64,000 nt of DNA from Calcarisporiella thermophila CBS 279.70 (Eukaryota > Fungi > Calcarisporiellomycota), in contig NW_027192199.1 of NCBI RefSeq assembly GCF_041956535.1, positions 62,001-126,000 of the forward strand, in the 5' to 3' direction. Shown piece after piece: positions 37,890 to 50,800 of the stretch; positions within the stretch are counted from its first letter, which is position 1; the number at the start of each line of letters is the position of its first letter. A model generated the notes under the pieces. The model worked only from the letters and a program-made list of their open reading frames with translations. It had not been told where the DNA came from and made no database searches. Both the position numbers and the translations under genes were made by a program.

Positions 37890-40800
37890 ATGCTGCAGGG
37901 AGCGGAAAGTAAAGAGGGTACCTATTCTAGTACTTCTACTCATGCATCAGATTTCATTTGGCCAATATGCCTTTCTCATCTACGAATAGCTGAAATCTCC
38001 CCCCATACGAGGCTCCTCCAGCGACTAATTGAGCATCACATTGGAGACCAACTTGATAACTTATTTCCTAGCTCTCACACTTCTACGAACTCTCATCCAT
38101 CCGCAAACTCACCAGTTGGATCGCCAATTCGCGATTCGGCATTTGGTGGTCATGGATCTTACCCTAATGCATTTAATGCGAAAGATCTGAGAGAGGCCAG
38201 ATTGCGTGGAATGTTCAGTATTTGCGCTGGAATATTGGATAGGTTAATTGTGAAAAAAGTCCCTAATAATTAAAGTACTAAATCGAATATTGATCCTCTT
38301 AATTTTATTCATTTTAGTCGTATATCTGATTCTACAACTGATCCACTGAAGAAAGATGAAATGCATCTTTCACATTTAATTCAAAAAAAACGTAATTAAT
38401 TAATTCCCTGCTCCGCGAAATTTAAGATAATAATATAACTTCTATTTTATTTCAACTAGTTCTACGTGAATACGGACAAGAATCATCCGTGGCTGCTCGT
38501 TTTTCTAGCCTACATACTAGAGTCCGCACTAAGGTATAGTTTTCTCTCCGTACATTATTCATATCTATAGCAATCTTTGAATGTGTTAATTTTTTTATGA
38601 ACGATTCGCAGAAAATACTGAGTAGACGGCATGAAATCCTTCAATTCCTATATTCTCTTAGCGGTGAAACAAAGAATTCCAGCTCTGTCCTGTTTTATCC
38701 TTCGGTAATATCCGGTTTAAAAAAGGTTGCCTGCGTGTAAAGATTGACCTGATTACTTTTTTATAACAGATGGCTGGTTTTGAGGCTGCTGTCTCCCATA
38801 TGCACTTGTCGGAATCTCAGCAGTCCAACAAACTTTCTTCAAGTCGCCCGTTCTCTTTTAAACCCCAATCAAAAGAATCCTCATCTAGCGAACTACCACA
38901 GAATGTAGAACATAAACTTACTCCATATCAGCAATATATCACGAATAATGGTAGTGTGCTAGTAATGACTATTGAATAATAACTTGCTCACCCAATTCCA
39001 TTCCTGCCAGACATTCAGGAAATATCAGAGGCTGTGCTTCTTCGCGATATTATTTTTGTTCTTCAAGGGATTGGAGGGCGTTATGTTCAATTCGACGGAA
39101 AAAACGACATGTTTGTCATACACCCTATGGTATGCTTATTACTCGGATGTTAAATAAAGTAATATTTTCCATGCTTGTCACTAATTTTTCTTTTTTATCA
39201 TAGGCTCGGATTCCTTACCCGATGCAATGCCTAATAGATAAACTCGCAGAGATGGGCCAACTCTTTAAAAGTATAAAAGAATTTGTGGACTTCCATATTG
39301 ATGATACATCCATCGGGTTAATGGGACAGGTGCAAATACAACGTCATTATTATGTCATTGCCCCTTTTAACTAGATCTGCATTCATTATAGAGTTTCTGC
39401 GCAACGCTTAAACGTGAGCTGGAAAAATACTACAGATTCATCGCGGGATTGGAGGGTTTCCTTCCGAAAGAAAATAGCGAAAATTCTGAATCAAGCCTGA
39501 CAATCAAGCGCATATATGTTGGAGCTCAAACCTGGATACGGCGTTTAAATTTAATGCAAACTTTGATGGATATTTGTAAAAGTAAGTTGTGTCAGAAAAT
39601 GGATGGAGCTCTCCTATTGCGCTAACAGTTTATGGCTTTGACAGGCGAAAAAGGCGGTGCTCTCATTGATAAAGTGTATATGTATGGCAAGCATGGAGAT
39701 CCATTTATACAGAGTTCCACGGTTCTCTTCTTAACTGAGGTGAGTAAATAAACTTTGAAGATTTTTTTTGATGTTTAAAAGTATAATGTCCTGCGTAATT
39801 TTTCGCCAGGTTTCGAAGCCGCTCTATGAAATGTTAGAGCGATGGGTTTACGAAGGAGAGCTTGTTGATCCATTCAACGAATTCTTCATAGGAGAGCACC
39901 CCGAAGTTGCAGATGAAGAGTTGTGGCAAAAAAAATATTTCATGCGAGAAGAGATGTTGCCTGGGCACATCTCACCTGCATTGGCAAAAAAAGTATTCAC
40001 AATCTAAAATGCAATGATCGGTATACAAGTCAGCTTATCTACTTATTTATCAGATATTCTCCATTGGCAAAAGTATCAATTTTATTCGCTACAGTTGCCA
40101 GGACGACGAGTTTGTTGATAAGCGACGACGTATTCGAAGAGCGAAGCAAGGTATGCCTATACTTTATATTGAAATGCCTATTTGTTGAACATATGTGTGA
40201 ACCCACTTGTGCGGCTAGTATTAAAGTATGGAGATATCGCGGCGCTTGAAGCCCACATTGATGCCACCTATGCCTCTACAAGCCAGTACCTGATCGAATT
40301 GTTGTTAAATAAATACAAACTCAAGGAACACTTGAACGCGTTCAAGCGCTATTTACTCCTTGGTCAGGGCGATTTATTTCAGTATTTGATGGACACAATT
40401 GGGTATATGAATTCATTTTAATTTTGCGTGGAACTACACTGACTTTGCCTATCCATAGTCCGACCTTGAATAAACCCGCAAACTCGATCCATCGCTATAA
40501 TCTCTCTAGCATCCTTGAGGCGGCTATTCGCTCCTCAAATGCGCAGTACGATGATCCAGCGATTTTGAAGCGAATCGATGTAAGAGAGCTTACCGTCAAG
40601 GAGGGAGATTTTGGATGGGATGTGTTCACCCTGGATTACATTGTGGATCGCCCAATTAATACCATTTTCACTCCCGATTCAATACACCAATATTTGCTTC
40701 TTTTCAACTTCCTGTGGAGATTAAAACGAGTAGAGCACACATTGTCTCATGCGTGGAGAAGACAAATGACCGTGGCAAGATCTCACCCTAAAATTATAGG

Positions 40801-41657
40801 TTTTTATTAGCACACGGATATGTACCGGTTTAATCTAAACTCCCTCTTTTTATATGTAGAGGTTGTGTCGGATTTGCAAAGATGCCGCATTATTACGAGT
40901 CAGATGATCCACTTCATATACCAGCTCCAATACTTCATTCTATTTGAAGTGAGTAAATTTCTTTAGAGATAATATTTTCCGCCGTGTTTTTTATTCTACT
41001 TTTTACCTCCATTAAGGGTATCGAGTGCTCGTGGGATAAACTGATGCGAGATATCGCAATCCCATCCATTGACTTGGACGGCCTTATATCGGCGCATCAA
41101 CGATACCTGAAAAGTCTGCGCACCAAAGTACTATTTGCCACTTCAGAGCGAGAGGTATTATTCATTTCAATAGAGAAGAATAGAAAAGATTATTTATCGT
41201 TTCTAAATATAAAGGATCTTTCTGGAAGATTGCGAGACATTTTCAAATTGATATTAGAATATTCGCACGCTCAGGTAATATTTTTGCTGGAATATTTACT
41301 GCTTGCTCTATGGCAGAGGATTTAACATTGTAACCCTTTCACTGCCTTCAGGATAATCTATATACGTATGCTAAGGATGAGCTAGAGCGGCGGGTGCGTC
41401 AAAGTCAATCCGGAACAAAAAAAAGGGTATATAGTTTTTTTTCTATATGATAAATTCTTTAGCGGAATACCAACTCTCCCGGTTTACATTAGGGGAAGTG
41501 GAGCATAATTGAGGAAGATGACGATGAACCCCGTGCCACGAAAATTGAAGCTACGATGCTACCTACCATTCGCAACCGATTATTGGAGACGGCTGCGAAG
41601 TTCGAGGCCGAAGCTAAAGCGTTTTCTTTACTGACACGTGTTGCAGCACCGCAGTAA
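37890..41657 (+). CDS. SPC98: Gamma-tubulin complex component 3 (Spc98/Alp6/GCP3), many exons; 3' end uncertain
   Basis: LLRDIIFVLQGIGG, GLMGQSFC, KGGALI...HGDPFI, WVYEGELVDPFNEFFI, GKSINFIR, KRYLLLGQGD, GWDVFTLDY, FNFLWRLKRVE, IECSW. Confidence 0.9.
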
Positions 41658-42320
41658 ATTACAATTAATTTACATGATGTATTTTTTTTTCCTTTTTATC
41701 TTTAAGATATTAGCATTTGCATTTTGTTAAATTCGTTATCAGGATAAAATACTACCCTGTTAAATCCCTCAGATACGTTCAAACAATGCACCACGATGTT
41801 GTAGCCTTGATATCTGCAAGATCGCGGGGTTTTATTACTGCGATAATAGTTGCAGTATTTAATTTTTATATTCAAATTATTCCTGCGAATATGCCCATTT
41901 CCCCCTACTCTAATTATATCTCCGCTGATTGAACGAATATGGTGAGTAAATACTTGAAAGGGCCGAGTACCAGTGAATAGAGATATTTTTCCCCAAGGGT
42001 CCTCCGTCACAAAACGCTACAATATATCAGTACAAAACTCCAGCGATATCTCCGTTTACTGATGCTACTAGGATATACTGCAGTATGTAGTAGTTGCAAT
42101 TTAAGAGGCCTTTAAAGTACATTGAAATAAACTCGATCATAGGGTGTATTTTGCTCTTTAATTGGGAGAAATAGTAAAGCCAAAACAAATTTGCTTACAG
42201 GGAATTAAAGCAGAGAAAAAGGATGGGATGGAAGTTTCATCTCTCCATGTTAATATAATTATATACAAATAAAATAGGTGAACAAGGACCCGAGTCCCTT
42301 TTAATTCTGTGTGCTTCCTC

Positions 42321-44791
42321 TCAAATTAAGGGCTGCTCTTGCGCGATTTCCCTCTTCCAATAGTGGGTGGCGTAGCTGCTTGCGTGCAGCATTAAACTCT
42401 TTTTCAAATGCCCACATCACCATGCTTTGCTGTAAGAAGTCTGTCGCGTTATCCTAAGTTTTAGAATGTGGGGTTAGAATGCATAGTTCCCGAATACTAA
42501 GCATTGGGATAAAATCAACCACCTTTTGCTTTAACCGCCGCTCTTGATCCTCATTCCGCAATCTCCGTATTTCTTCTTCCTTTTTCCTCAAATTTTCCGC
42601 TCTTCTCTTTGCATCCTCCTCTCGCCTCTTAGCCTCCTCTTCCCGGCGCAGCTTATCCTGTTGCCGCTGCAATTCCTCTTGTTCTTTCATCTTTCTAGCG
42701 GCCTCCTGCTTCGCTGCAAGTTCTTTCCTAAATTGCTCCCAAGCTGGATCGGTGGCGCTAGTGGAGGAGGGAGGCTGAGAGAGGGAGGGTGGTGAGGTGC
42801 CAGACTCGGCTTCCTTGACAAAAGCAGCCCATTGATCTTGGTTCTCAAGGGTAACAGGTTTTTTGCCTGCCTTAGATGAAGTTTGTGTAGATGATTGCCC
42901 AAATAGCGATGGTCCTCGCGCGACAGAGTCCATTCCCAATCCCAGCCCAAGGCGTTGCTTTCCTCCCGAGGAATGTGGTGCAGATGACCTCGAAGCGGGC
43001 TTGCCCTTGTCGGATGCTAAATCGGATAATCCGTTCGTTAAGATTCAGTATATAAGAATGATAAGCATATATAAGGCTACCATCCGAATCAGACTCTTCG
43101 CTGTATGAGTTATCATCCGAAGAGGATGCACCTGCAAACTTTTGCACCGTCTCCTCAAATCGCCGGCGACTTTCTCGCATCGGCTTTTTGGCAGTTTTCT
43201 TGCTTTTTGATGCGCTAGCAGACGACTTTGAAGTGCGCCGCTTCTTTGTAGGAGATACTACTGACGATGGGCGAAACTTAGAGCCTCCGGTGCACTGCAT
43301 TACAAAGTTCCAGATGCGACGAAGTGTACGAGAGTCCAGTATCTTAAGGTCAATTTCGATTTCACCATTTTCGTCCTGTCGAGCAAAAGTACAGTTTGTT
43401 CCATTTAGTAAAATATGAACTGCCATCCCCCAATCTTAATCAGTCCTAATTTTCAACTTGCCTTTAACTGTGGCATCGATTCATCTACAATTTTTAGTAG
43501 CTCAATAGCCTGATCCTCATTAAGCAGCTCCGTTTTTGCCTGCAGCTCTTCTTCTTCCGCCGCCGTGAGTACAAAATCGTCTTCGTGGCCCTCTTCCTCC
43601 CCCCGCATACGCTTCACCGTTTTCTTCTCCTTTGCTTTTTCCTTTTTACGTTGCTGCTCCTTTAGGTTTTTCAGCTGCTCTGACACTGACCTTAGCTCTT
43701 GTTCTAGTCGAGATATTTGTTCATCCGATTCTTCGGACTCTGAAGATGCTGATGAGGCTGATAAATGGTGTTGCTTCATCTTCTCCGTTTCTCTTGATTT
43801 TTCTTCGAACTTCTTTGCTGTGGACTCTGTATGCGCTATTACTTTATGGCCTGTCGGCGGTGCAGCGACTGGTTGAGATGGGGGAGGTGGCGGGGGCCGC
43901 TCCGCCCATTTTCGGTTAAAAATCTCTTCTAACTGCTTTCCTGCTTGATATACTATGTTATCTGCTGGGTTATAAGTATAACAATTCTGGAACATTAATC
44001 TCATATCGGCCTCAAATTCCTCCGGTCCAGCATATTCTTTGGCGGCGAGTTTTTTCTCAATGGTAGAAAGATCCATTGGGTGCTTGATCACATTGAAATA
44101 GTCAGGAATATTGAGAGCAATGGGATCAACTGGCTGTAAGAATGGCCACGAAATTGCGGCATATTGTTTCTTCTTAAGTTCGCGAAGAGTAGCGTTACAG
44201 AATTTGAGTTGCTCGGATTTATCGATTTTACGTTTTGAATTCGAGGAGGAAGAGTGGGAGAGAGTGACTTTTTGAGGCTTTAAATAAGATGATGGTTGGG
44301 ATGGAGTGGATGGATACGCGTTCGCTGGGGCCGGCTGTGAACGATATATAAAACGGAGCAAAGACATTCATAAAATATTAAGTTAATTAATTTTTAGTAA
44401 TTAAGTATCCACTTACATCCGCAGGCACTTTCTTCATAAAGCGCTCGAATACAGCTTCTAGCCCCTTTGCCATTATCGACACAGGAGCATCCTTGCCATT
44501 GTACAAATAGCAGTTATCGAACATCAATCTAAAATCGCTTTCAATGTCAGCTACGCTCTCGTATTTGTGGTGGCTCAATTTCTTTTCGATCGTTGAAAGA
44601 TCCATAGGGTGGGAAATAACGGAAAAGTAATCAGGGATTTGAAGCGCGACAGGATCGACCGGTTGGAGAAAAGGAGGTGCATCATGGTGTCTTTTAAGAG
44701 TGCGTAGTATATTTTGAAAATGTTTGTGCTGTTCGCGGGAGAGTCCCTTATTCTTGGCAGTTCTATGCGATGAGGACGTGTGCAGGTCCAT
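42321..44791 (-). CDS. BDF1: BET-family protein: two bromodomains, coiled coil, ET domain and a BRD4-like C-terminal region
   Basis: BD1 PFLQPVDP..IPDYF..HPMDL...NCYLYN; BD2 WPFLQPVDP...NCYTYN; ET domain DENGEIEIDL. The last exon ends at TGA 42321-42323. Confidence 0.9.
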
Positions 44792-45154
44792 GGCAAACGC
44801 GAAGTTAATATCGATCCTGATCTGATCAAGATAGGGTTGCCCTTTGTGCAAATGGCAGCTGTGTTCAAACAAAAAGAATGGGCAGTCACTCAAATTTCAT
44901 TTCAGCAGCGTATCAATTATACATTATCAATTATACAAACTCTACCAATTCAATGCAAAATTACTTTTTTGAAGCCATTCAACCCATCCACATTTGACTG
45001 GATAATGTGGAGTGAAATATGTTTGAGAGAACGTATTTTTCCACCATTTCCATAAAATTTCGAACCATCATTCGCAAACCTTTACTTTCAAAATTCAACT
45101 TAATATGATATATTAAATTTCGGCAACTCAAAAAGATATGTATTGGAGGTCACT

Positions 45155-45733
45155 CTATTTCCCGGAGCTGTGTCTGGTTTTTAGCCATGCAATCACGTCG
45201 GCTGCATTACGATTGGGAGGGAACACCGGGTAAAATACTTTGACAATGATTCCGTCTTGAATAATAAGTGTGAGTCTCTTCACAAGTTTACCCACTTCAT
45301 CCACCTCGAAAGTCGGCAGTTTAAGCGCATTGATAAATTCGAATTTTTCATCGCTCAGGATTGGAAAAGGGAGATGCAGGCGCTCAGCAAGCTCTTGTTG
45401 ATGCTCAGTACTCTGGGTCGAGAGCCCAAAGAGATGTGAAGCTCCAAGCTGCCTGAGCTCCGCAGCATGATCACGGAAAGCGCACGATTGCGGGGTGCAC
45501 CCGCGCGCACCCGGGATTAAATCCCAGCCTTGGGGTGATTCAATGCCAGGAGGGCTCGTCATTGGGTAGCAATATATGACTGTCAGACCATTTAATGCGG
45601 AAGGATCGACCAATTCGCCATTAGTATTACGGAGGGAAATGGGAGGAAGACGCATCGATGTTAGATGGTCACAAGCCCCATCGTCAACAGGGACTGGGAG
45701 ATTATCGGGAAGAGTGTAGATGTCAGTTGCCAT
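45155..45733 (-). CDS. Peroxiredoxin (BCP/PrxQ-related, bacterial-type), intronless
   Basis: LPVPVDDGACDHL, WDLIPGARGCTPQSCAFRD (GCT..SC), KRLTL, VFYPVFPP. Confidence 0.9.
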   Translation of the reverse strand: MATDIYTLPDNLPVPVDDGACDHLTSMRLPPISLRNTNGELVDPSALNGLTVIYCYPMTSPPGIESPQGWDLIPGARGCTPQSCAFRDHAAELRQLGASHLFGLSTQSTEHQQELAERLHLPFPILSDEKFEFINALKLPTFEVDEVGKLVKRLTLIIQDGIIVKVFYPVFPPNRNAADVIAWLKTRHSSGK

Positions 45734-45973
45734 TAGAGCAGTTGATTCTGTTACAACCGGAACCGAAGTATTAAAGAAAGCTGTAGTTTTTAAATTTCAC
45801 CGTGAGAAAATATATGACTCTTATTTATCTGAGAGTATTTGAATCAAAACTCGTCATGTTACTGTTACATGAAAATGCGCAGCATATGCGAAGAGGGGTA
45901 CAAAGGAGCGTGTAGATATATACTTCATAGATTTGGCAAGTGGTATAAATATATAGTGACTCATGAAACTGGG

Positions 45974-47403
45974 TTAAAACCAAAAGGAAAAGAGCAATGC
46001 TAGACCTAATCCAAAGGGTATTGTCAATTTATCAGTTCCAATCCTAGCTGAAGCAGAGCTAAACTGATTCATCAGCTGGAAGGGGGGCTGTGCGTTTGTT
46101 GGCTTAGACGGGAAGGGAGTTGCGGTAAGAGTAACCACCACAACTTCGTCAGGTACAACCTCTACTGGTGGGATTGTCTGCTGCTGATCTATAGGACTCG
46201 GACTGGGTATAATTGGCGAGGTAACTGTTTTAACAACAATGGAGCGCGTAGCAGAAGTGAGATTAGGGAGCTGGTTATTGATAGGAGGCTGTTGGGCCTC
46301 TCCACTATTGCGATTTTCGGTACCATTGCTGTTCTCGGGGTCGGGTAACGGACTAGACTGCGGCAACACGTTAGATGAGACTGACACGGCAGGGAGTCGA
46401 GCAATCGAAGTAGCTTGAGATGGGACTTCTTTTGAGAGTATGCCGCTTTGAGTGGGCAATGGCCTACTAGTTTTCCCGTTAAATGAAGTTGGAAAGCGAG
46501 TGCTCTCACTAAGGGGAAATGATGGTTTTTTAGACGAAGAGGCTGGCAAGCTTGAAAATATCACGGATGAGGAAGCAGATGATTTAGAGGCTCGGAGAGT
46601 TGGTACTGATGGCGTCGCAGTCAATAGCAGGCTTCTTTGTCCAGCTCTATCAGTGCTCAAAGCAAGAGACTTCCCCGAGGTCAGAGGGCCAGCAACTTGC
46701 GAGGCTGGTACACTAGAGGCTAGCTTCACCGGTACGGAGGGAAAGGGCAATGAGGAAGTTGCCTGCTTGGGAAGAAGCTTCGAAACGAGCGGAATCTTTC
46801 CCACAGTGTCGTCGATCACACTGGTTGCCTTAGCTACCAGTTCATCAACTAGAGGAATGGGCGCCTTACTGCCTACATTGGGTTCGTTTCTAGAATCCTG
46901 CTGTGCAGAAGGCTGATTCTGTTGCTTCTTTGTGGTATTTTCAGTAGAACTCTCGGAACCTGGGACCAGCCCGATATCGGGTGTTGGCGACGGCGCCTCC
47001 ACAGAACTTTCATCTACGTCGAGAGGAGCGCTATTTCCCTGCTTATTCCTGTCTCCATTGGTGCTTTCTTCCTTGTTGCCATTCAGTACACCCGTTAGGC
47101 TATCAACCAAGTTATCGCGGTCTCCATTATTTCTCTAAGTTAATGAGAAATGAATAAAGGCACTTTTAGCAGGTTCAGTAAATCAATCACACCAACCTCT
47201 TGATTGGGTGGTATCAGGTTGTCCAGCAAACCGTCACCACCCCCCTCATTCTTGCTCGGAACGTTTATCAGACCGTCCAGCAGTCCGCGGCGCACCCTCG
47301 CATCGGTGCCACGTGCATCCAGTGCACGCAGCGACGCGAGAGGGGCCGTGTGTGAGAGAGCAAGGAAGGAAAGAAAAAGTGCAAAAATGAGGGATATCTG
47401 CAT
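45974..47403 (-). CDS. Secreted/GPI-anchored Ser/Pro/Thr-rich cell-surface protein, 2 exons
   Basis: Signal peptide MQISLIFALFLSFLALSHTA, dibasic RVRR site, low-complexity body, and C-terminal SSAS followed by a hydrophobic tail (GPI-signal-like). Confidence 0.7.
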
Positions 47404-47872
47404 AGTGTGGGACGGTGAAATGAAGAAGTAGGTATCAAGAGGTGGCCAGCAACAACTCTTTTAACGGATTGAAAGGAAATAATGTTAAGGGCTCCACTTC
47501 ACCTCTTGGGATAACAAAGGGGATTTTATGGATTTGTTTTAGTTGTTCTCCCGTGCTCTATCTAAGTGTGGCAAGAGTTCATTTAAAGTTCTGCTGAGGG
47601 CGTTGAAGCTGCGTGGGTGTGTTTGTGCAACATTTTGGATATTTGTGAAATAGTAGAGAGCGATATTTGCTGACTACTCGAGGGGGAAGCGCTTATTGTG
47701 GCTTGAATGAAAAAAATAAGATTAATATATTAATCTACCGTTTCAAGAGAGACTTACAATTCAAATTGCAGAAGCGCGGATACAAATAAAAGAAGATAAA
47801 GAAAATGGTTTTCTTATGGCTCTTTTATTTTACTTTTAATTCCAACAAAAAAACATATCTCGCCTCCCCACC

Positions 47873-50800
47873 TCACGAACAGCTCTCTGTGCCCGTGTAT
47901 CTTGCCAAATGTCGAATTGAAATAATTTTGAAATCCGCAAAGTTCTTCAACTTCACAATCGCATCATTCGCATCTAGTCCAGCCAGCATACCTAACTCTC
48001 CCTGGTGGTCGCCAAGAATGCATTTGGCCTTGTCGCGTTTCGTGGGGCGCACCGGATCGAGGAACTCGGTGGGTATGATAAGTTCGTGCCCATCTTGCAA
48101 CTTGACGCGGCATGTGCTTGCCGTAGGTACCTCGAGCACTGCACCAGTCTGACCGTCATATGCCCCATCCTGGAACGCGTTACCCCCTCGGCGGACAACC
48201 TTGACCTCGATATCAGTGGTAGCCCAGTCGCCCTCGTCCACATTCTCGTGCACTGAACCGTCCCCTGCGGCTGAATAATCGCCACCAGAGGGCATAAACG
48301 GTGTCGGCGCAACGTGTCCTACGGGTGTGGGGGCTGAAATATTGCCAGGTGTCTTTGCAACAAACATGCTAGGCCCGCCCGAAGGCGCAGGAGTCGGTGC
48401 GCCGACCGGCCCTAGATGATGCCCATATCCAGAAGCAGATGGTGTCGGAGCCGCAAAGTAGGGCGTTGGAGCAGAGTTGGGACCAGGTGTCGGCGGGAAA
48501 TGGGAAGAATAGGGTGCGGTGTTTCCAGGTGTAGGCGCTGCAGTGTATGTGTCCCAATTTGCTGAATTACTTGTAGGCACACCTCCGGTTTGGCCGCCAC
48601 CACCACCGGAAGACACGTCCCCATTACCCCGACTATCGTTTGACCTGGTTGAGGACTGCTTCCACTTATCTCTGGCCGAGGAGCCGAAACTGTCATTGGC
48701 TGATGACGTGCGATTGCTAGCTCCACGCCCTTCCTCCGTGTGGCCTGTTCGTGACCGCGACGATGAGCTCCAATCGTCTCGCTTTGATGAGCTCCTCTCA
48801 TTGTCCCATCCATCTCGCCTAGACGATGAGCTTTTGTCGCCGCCCCAGCCATCGCGACCGGAGCGGTCATTGCTGTTCCAGCTGTCGTCGCCAGATGCAT
48901 GATAAGGTGTACGGTTGCCAACGTCCCACACAGGGGTCTGTGATCCATCCAGGCGATAAGGGTTAGGGGTAGAGCCGCCATGCATTGGTGTACGAGACCC
49001 TGCGGCATTCCAGGCTGGAGTCTGCGACCCTGCTCCACTCCAGGCAGGCGTACGGGAGGAAGACCAAGCGGGAGTTCGCGATCCGGCACCGCCCCAGGCG
49101 GGCGTTTGGGAACCTGCTGCCGGGGTTGATCCCCAGCGATCTTTGGATGCAGCAGGCTCTGGATAGCGGGGAGCAAAATTGTTCCGAGGACCGAATGGCT
49201 CACCGTTTTCAGTAAGTAGCTCGGGCTTGGGCACGCTGACCACCTTGGAATTTGTATGTAACTCGATCCGAGCATGTGTTTCTGAAGTATCCTTCACAAT
49301 GCCAACATAGCCTTTGTACGGGCCGGTAGCAATGCGGACTGTTTGTGAAATTAATGGATCACGACGACCTCGCCCACGCCCTAGACCCACGCCTCCGCGA
49401 CCACCTCGCCCCCTCCCTCGGCCACCCCGAAAATCGTTGCCGCCGGGACGTGCAAAGGTATTTGCAAAGGGATTACTGGCAATAGCGGGGTTCATTGTGT
49501 CAAGCTGTTCACTACGAGCAGCTTTAGGCGTCTGATTCAGCAAGTTGGAGGTATGCACCACAAACACCCCGTAGTTATCGAGTAGCTCTCGCGAGTGTAA
49601 GAACGCATATCCACGGAAAATATGCAAAATCACACCCTTCCGCTCATCTCCATCCAGCTCCTTCACCGTGTCTCCAACCCCAATGCTGATACCCGCCGAA
49701 TCCGCAGCTACGGCAAATTTGGTGTCCTTCTTCGTAATAATCTGGTGGGGCTGGACAGTATGAACGTGACTAAATTGGTCCATTACTCGAAGGGTATCAC
49801 GCTCTACTCTGATGATGACTCCGGAGGTGTGTTGATCTATCTGGACAAAGTCGTGGAGCTCATAGTTAGCAATTCGATTCGCGCCCGAAGACACATCTGC
49901 AGCCTCGCGCAGGTCCTTCGAGAATACCGAAATCTCGCTCATAGTTAAATCGGAGAGCATGGTCACGACATTTTCGTCAATCTTAACGATTAGACCCGTT
50001 TCGTCCTTGTACTGGCCATTGATCACCCTTACATGGTCACCCTCCGAAAAACGTTTACGTAAAAGATGAGGTTTAATGGACCAGAGCTTATGCTGTCCAA
50101 CAATCTGCGGCCGTACAAACACTGAGCCATCTTTCACACTATCAACAATACCGTGCATGTGCATCATCTCTCCCTTTATAACCTCCACATGATCGCCGGG
50201 AACGAATTGACCCACGATGTTAGAGGTAACAGAGGGCGTGAGAGCAGCAACATCAATTCCTTCGTTTTCTTCTCCACCGCCACCCTGAAACTTTGTGACC
50301 TCATCGAGTGTAGGATTTACTTCGTCAAGAATCAGATTTGAAATTTTGACATCCTTTTCAAGGTAGCCGTCTCTGAAAACTTCGTTTCCGTAGGTCACCA
50401 CATTATGTCTCCGGATAACTAGTGACTTGCTCCGCTCCAATTTATCGATCTCCTTAGGGTTGAAAAGCTTTTGAGGTGGGCGCATCCCGAAATTGCTAGT
50501 ATTCTTTTTCCGCTTTGAACCAGGTATTAGTTCTTCTTTTGGCCCCAGGTCCAAGCGAGGGATTAATTTCACGACTACTGAGTCTCCAGATTCGGGGATC
50601 TCTATTATCTGTGCTAGATCTCCTTGATAGAGGCCTCTTCGTATACGAACCCACCGACCAGGTTCAAGATCAACCTCTTTTTTGACTATTTTAAGAACAT
50701 TTACCATGTCTTGAATTGACACAAGTGAGATACTCGACATGTACACTCCCAGCATTCCATTCAGTGCATGCTGAACGTGCGCCAGTTTCCGCGCCTCCAC

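Noticed and set aside
41702-42120. Small ORFs and possible ncRNA between GCP3 and the BET gene
   Set aside because: No family motif or RNA signature could be identified by eye.
48412-49275. 287-aa alternative-frame ORF within SPT5, and a 199-aa antisense ORF over RPT5 (55771-56370)
   Set aside because: Explained by GC-rich, repetitive or biased coding of the real genes.
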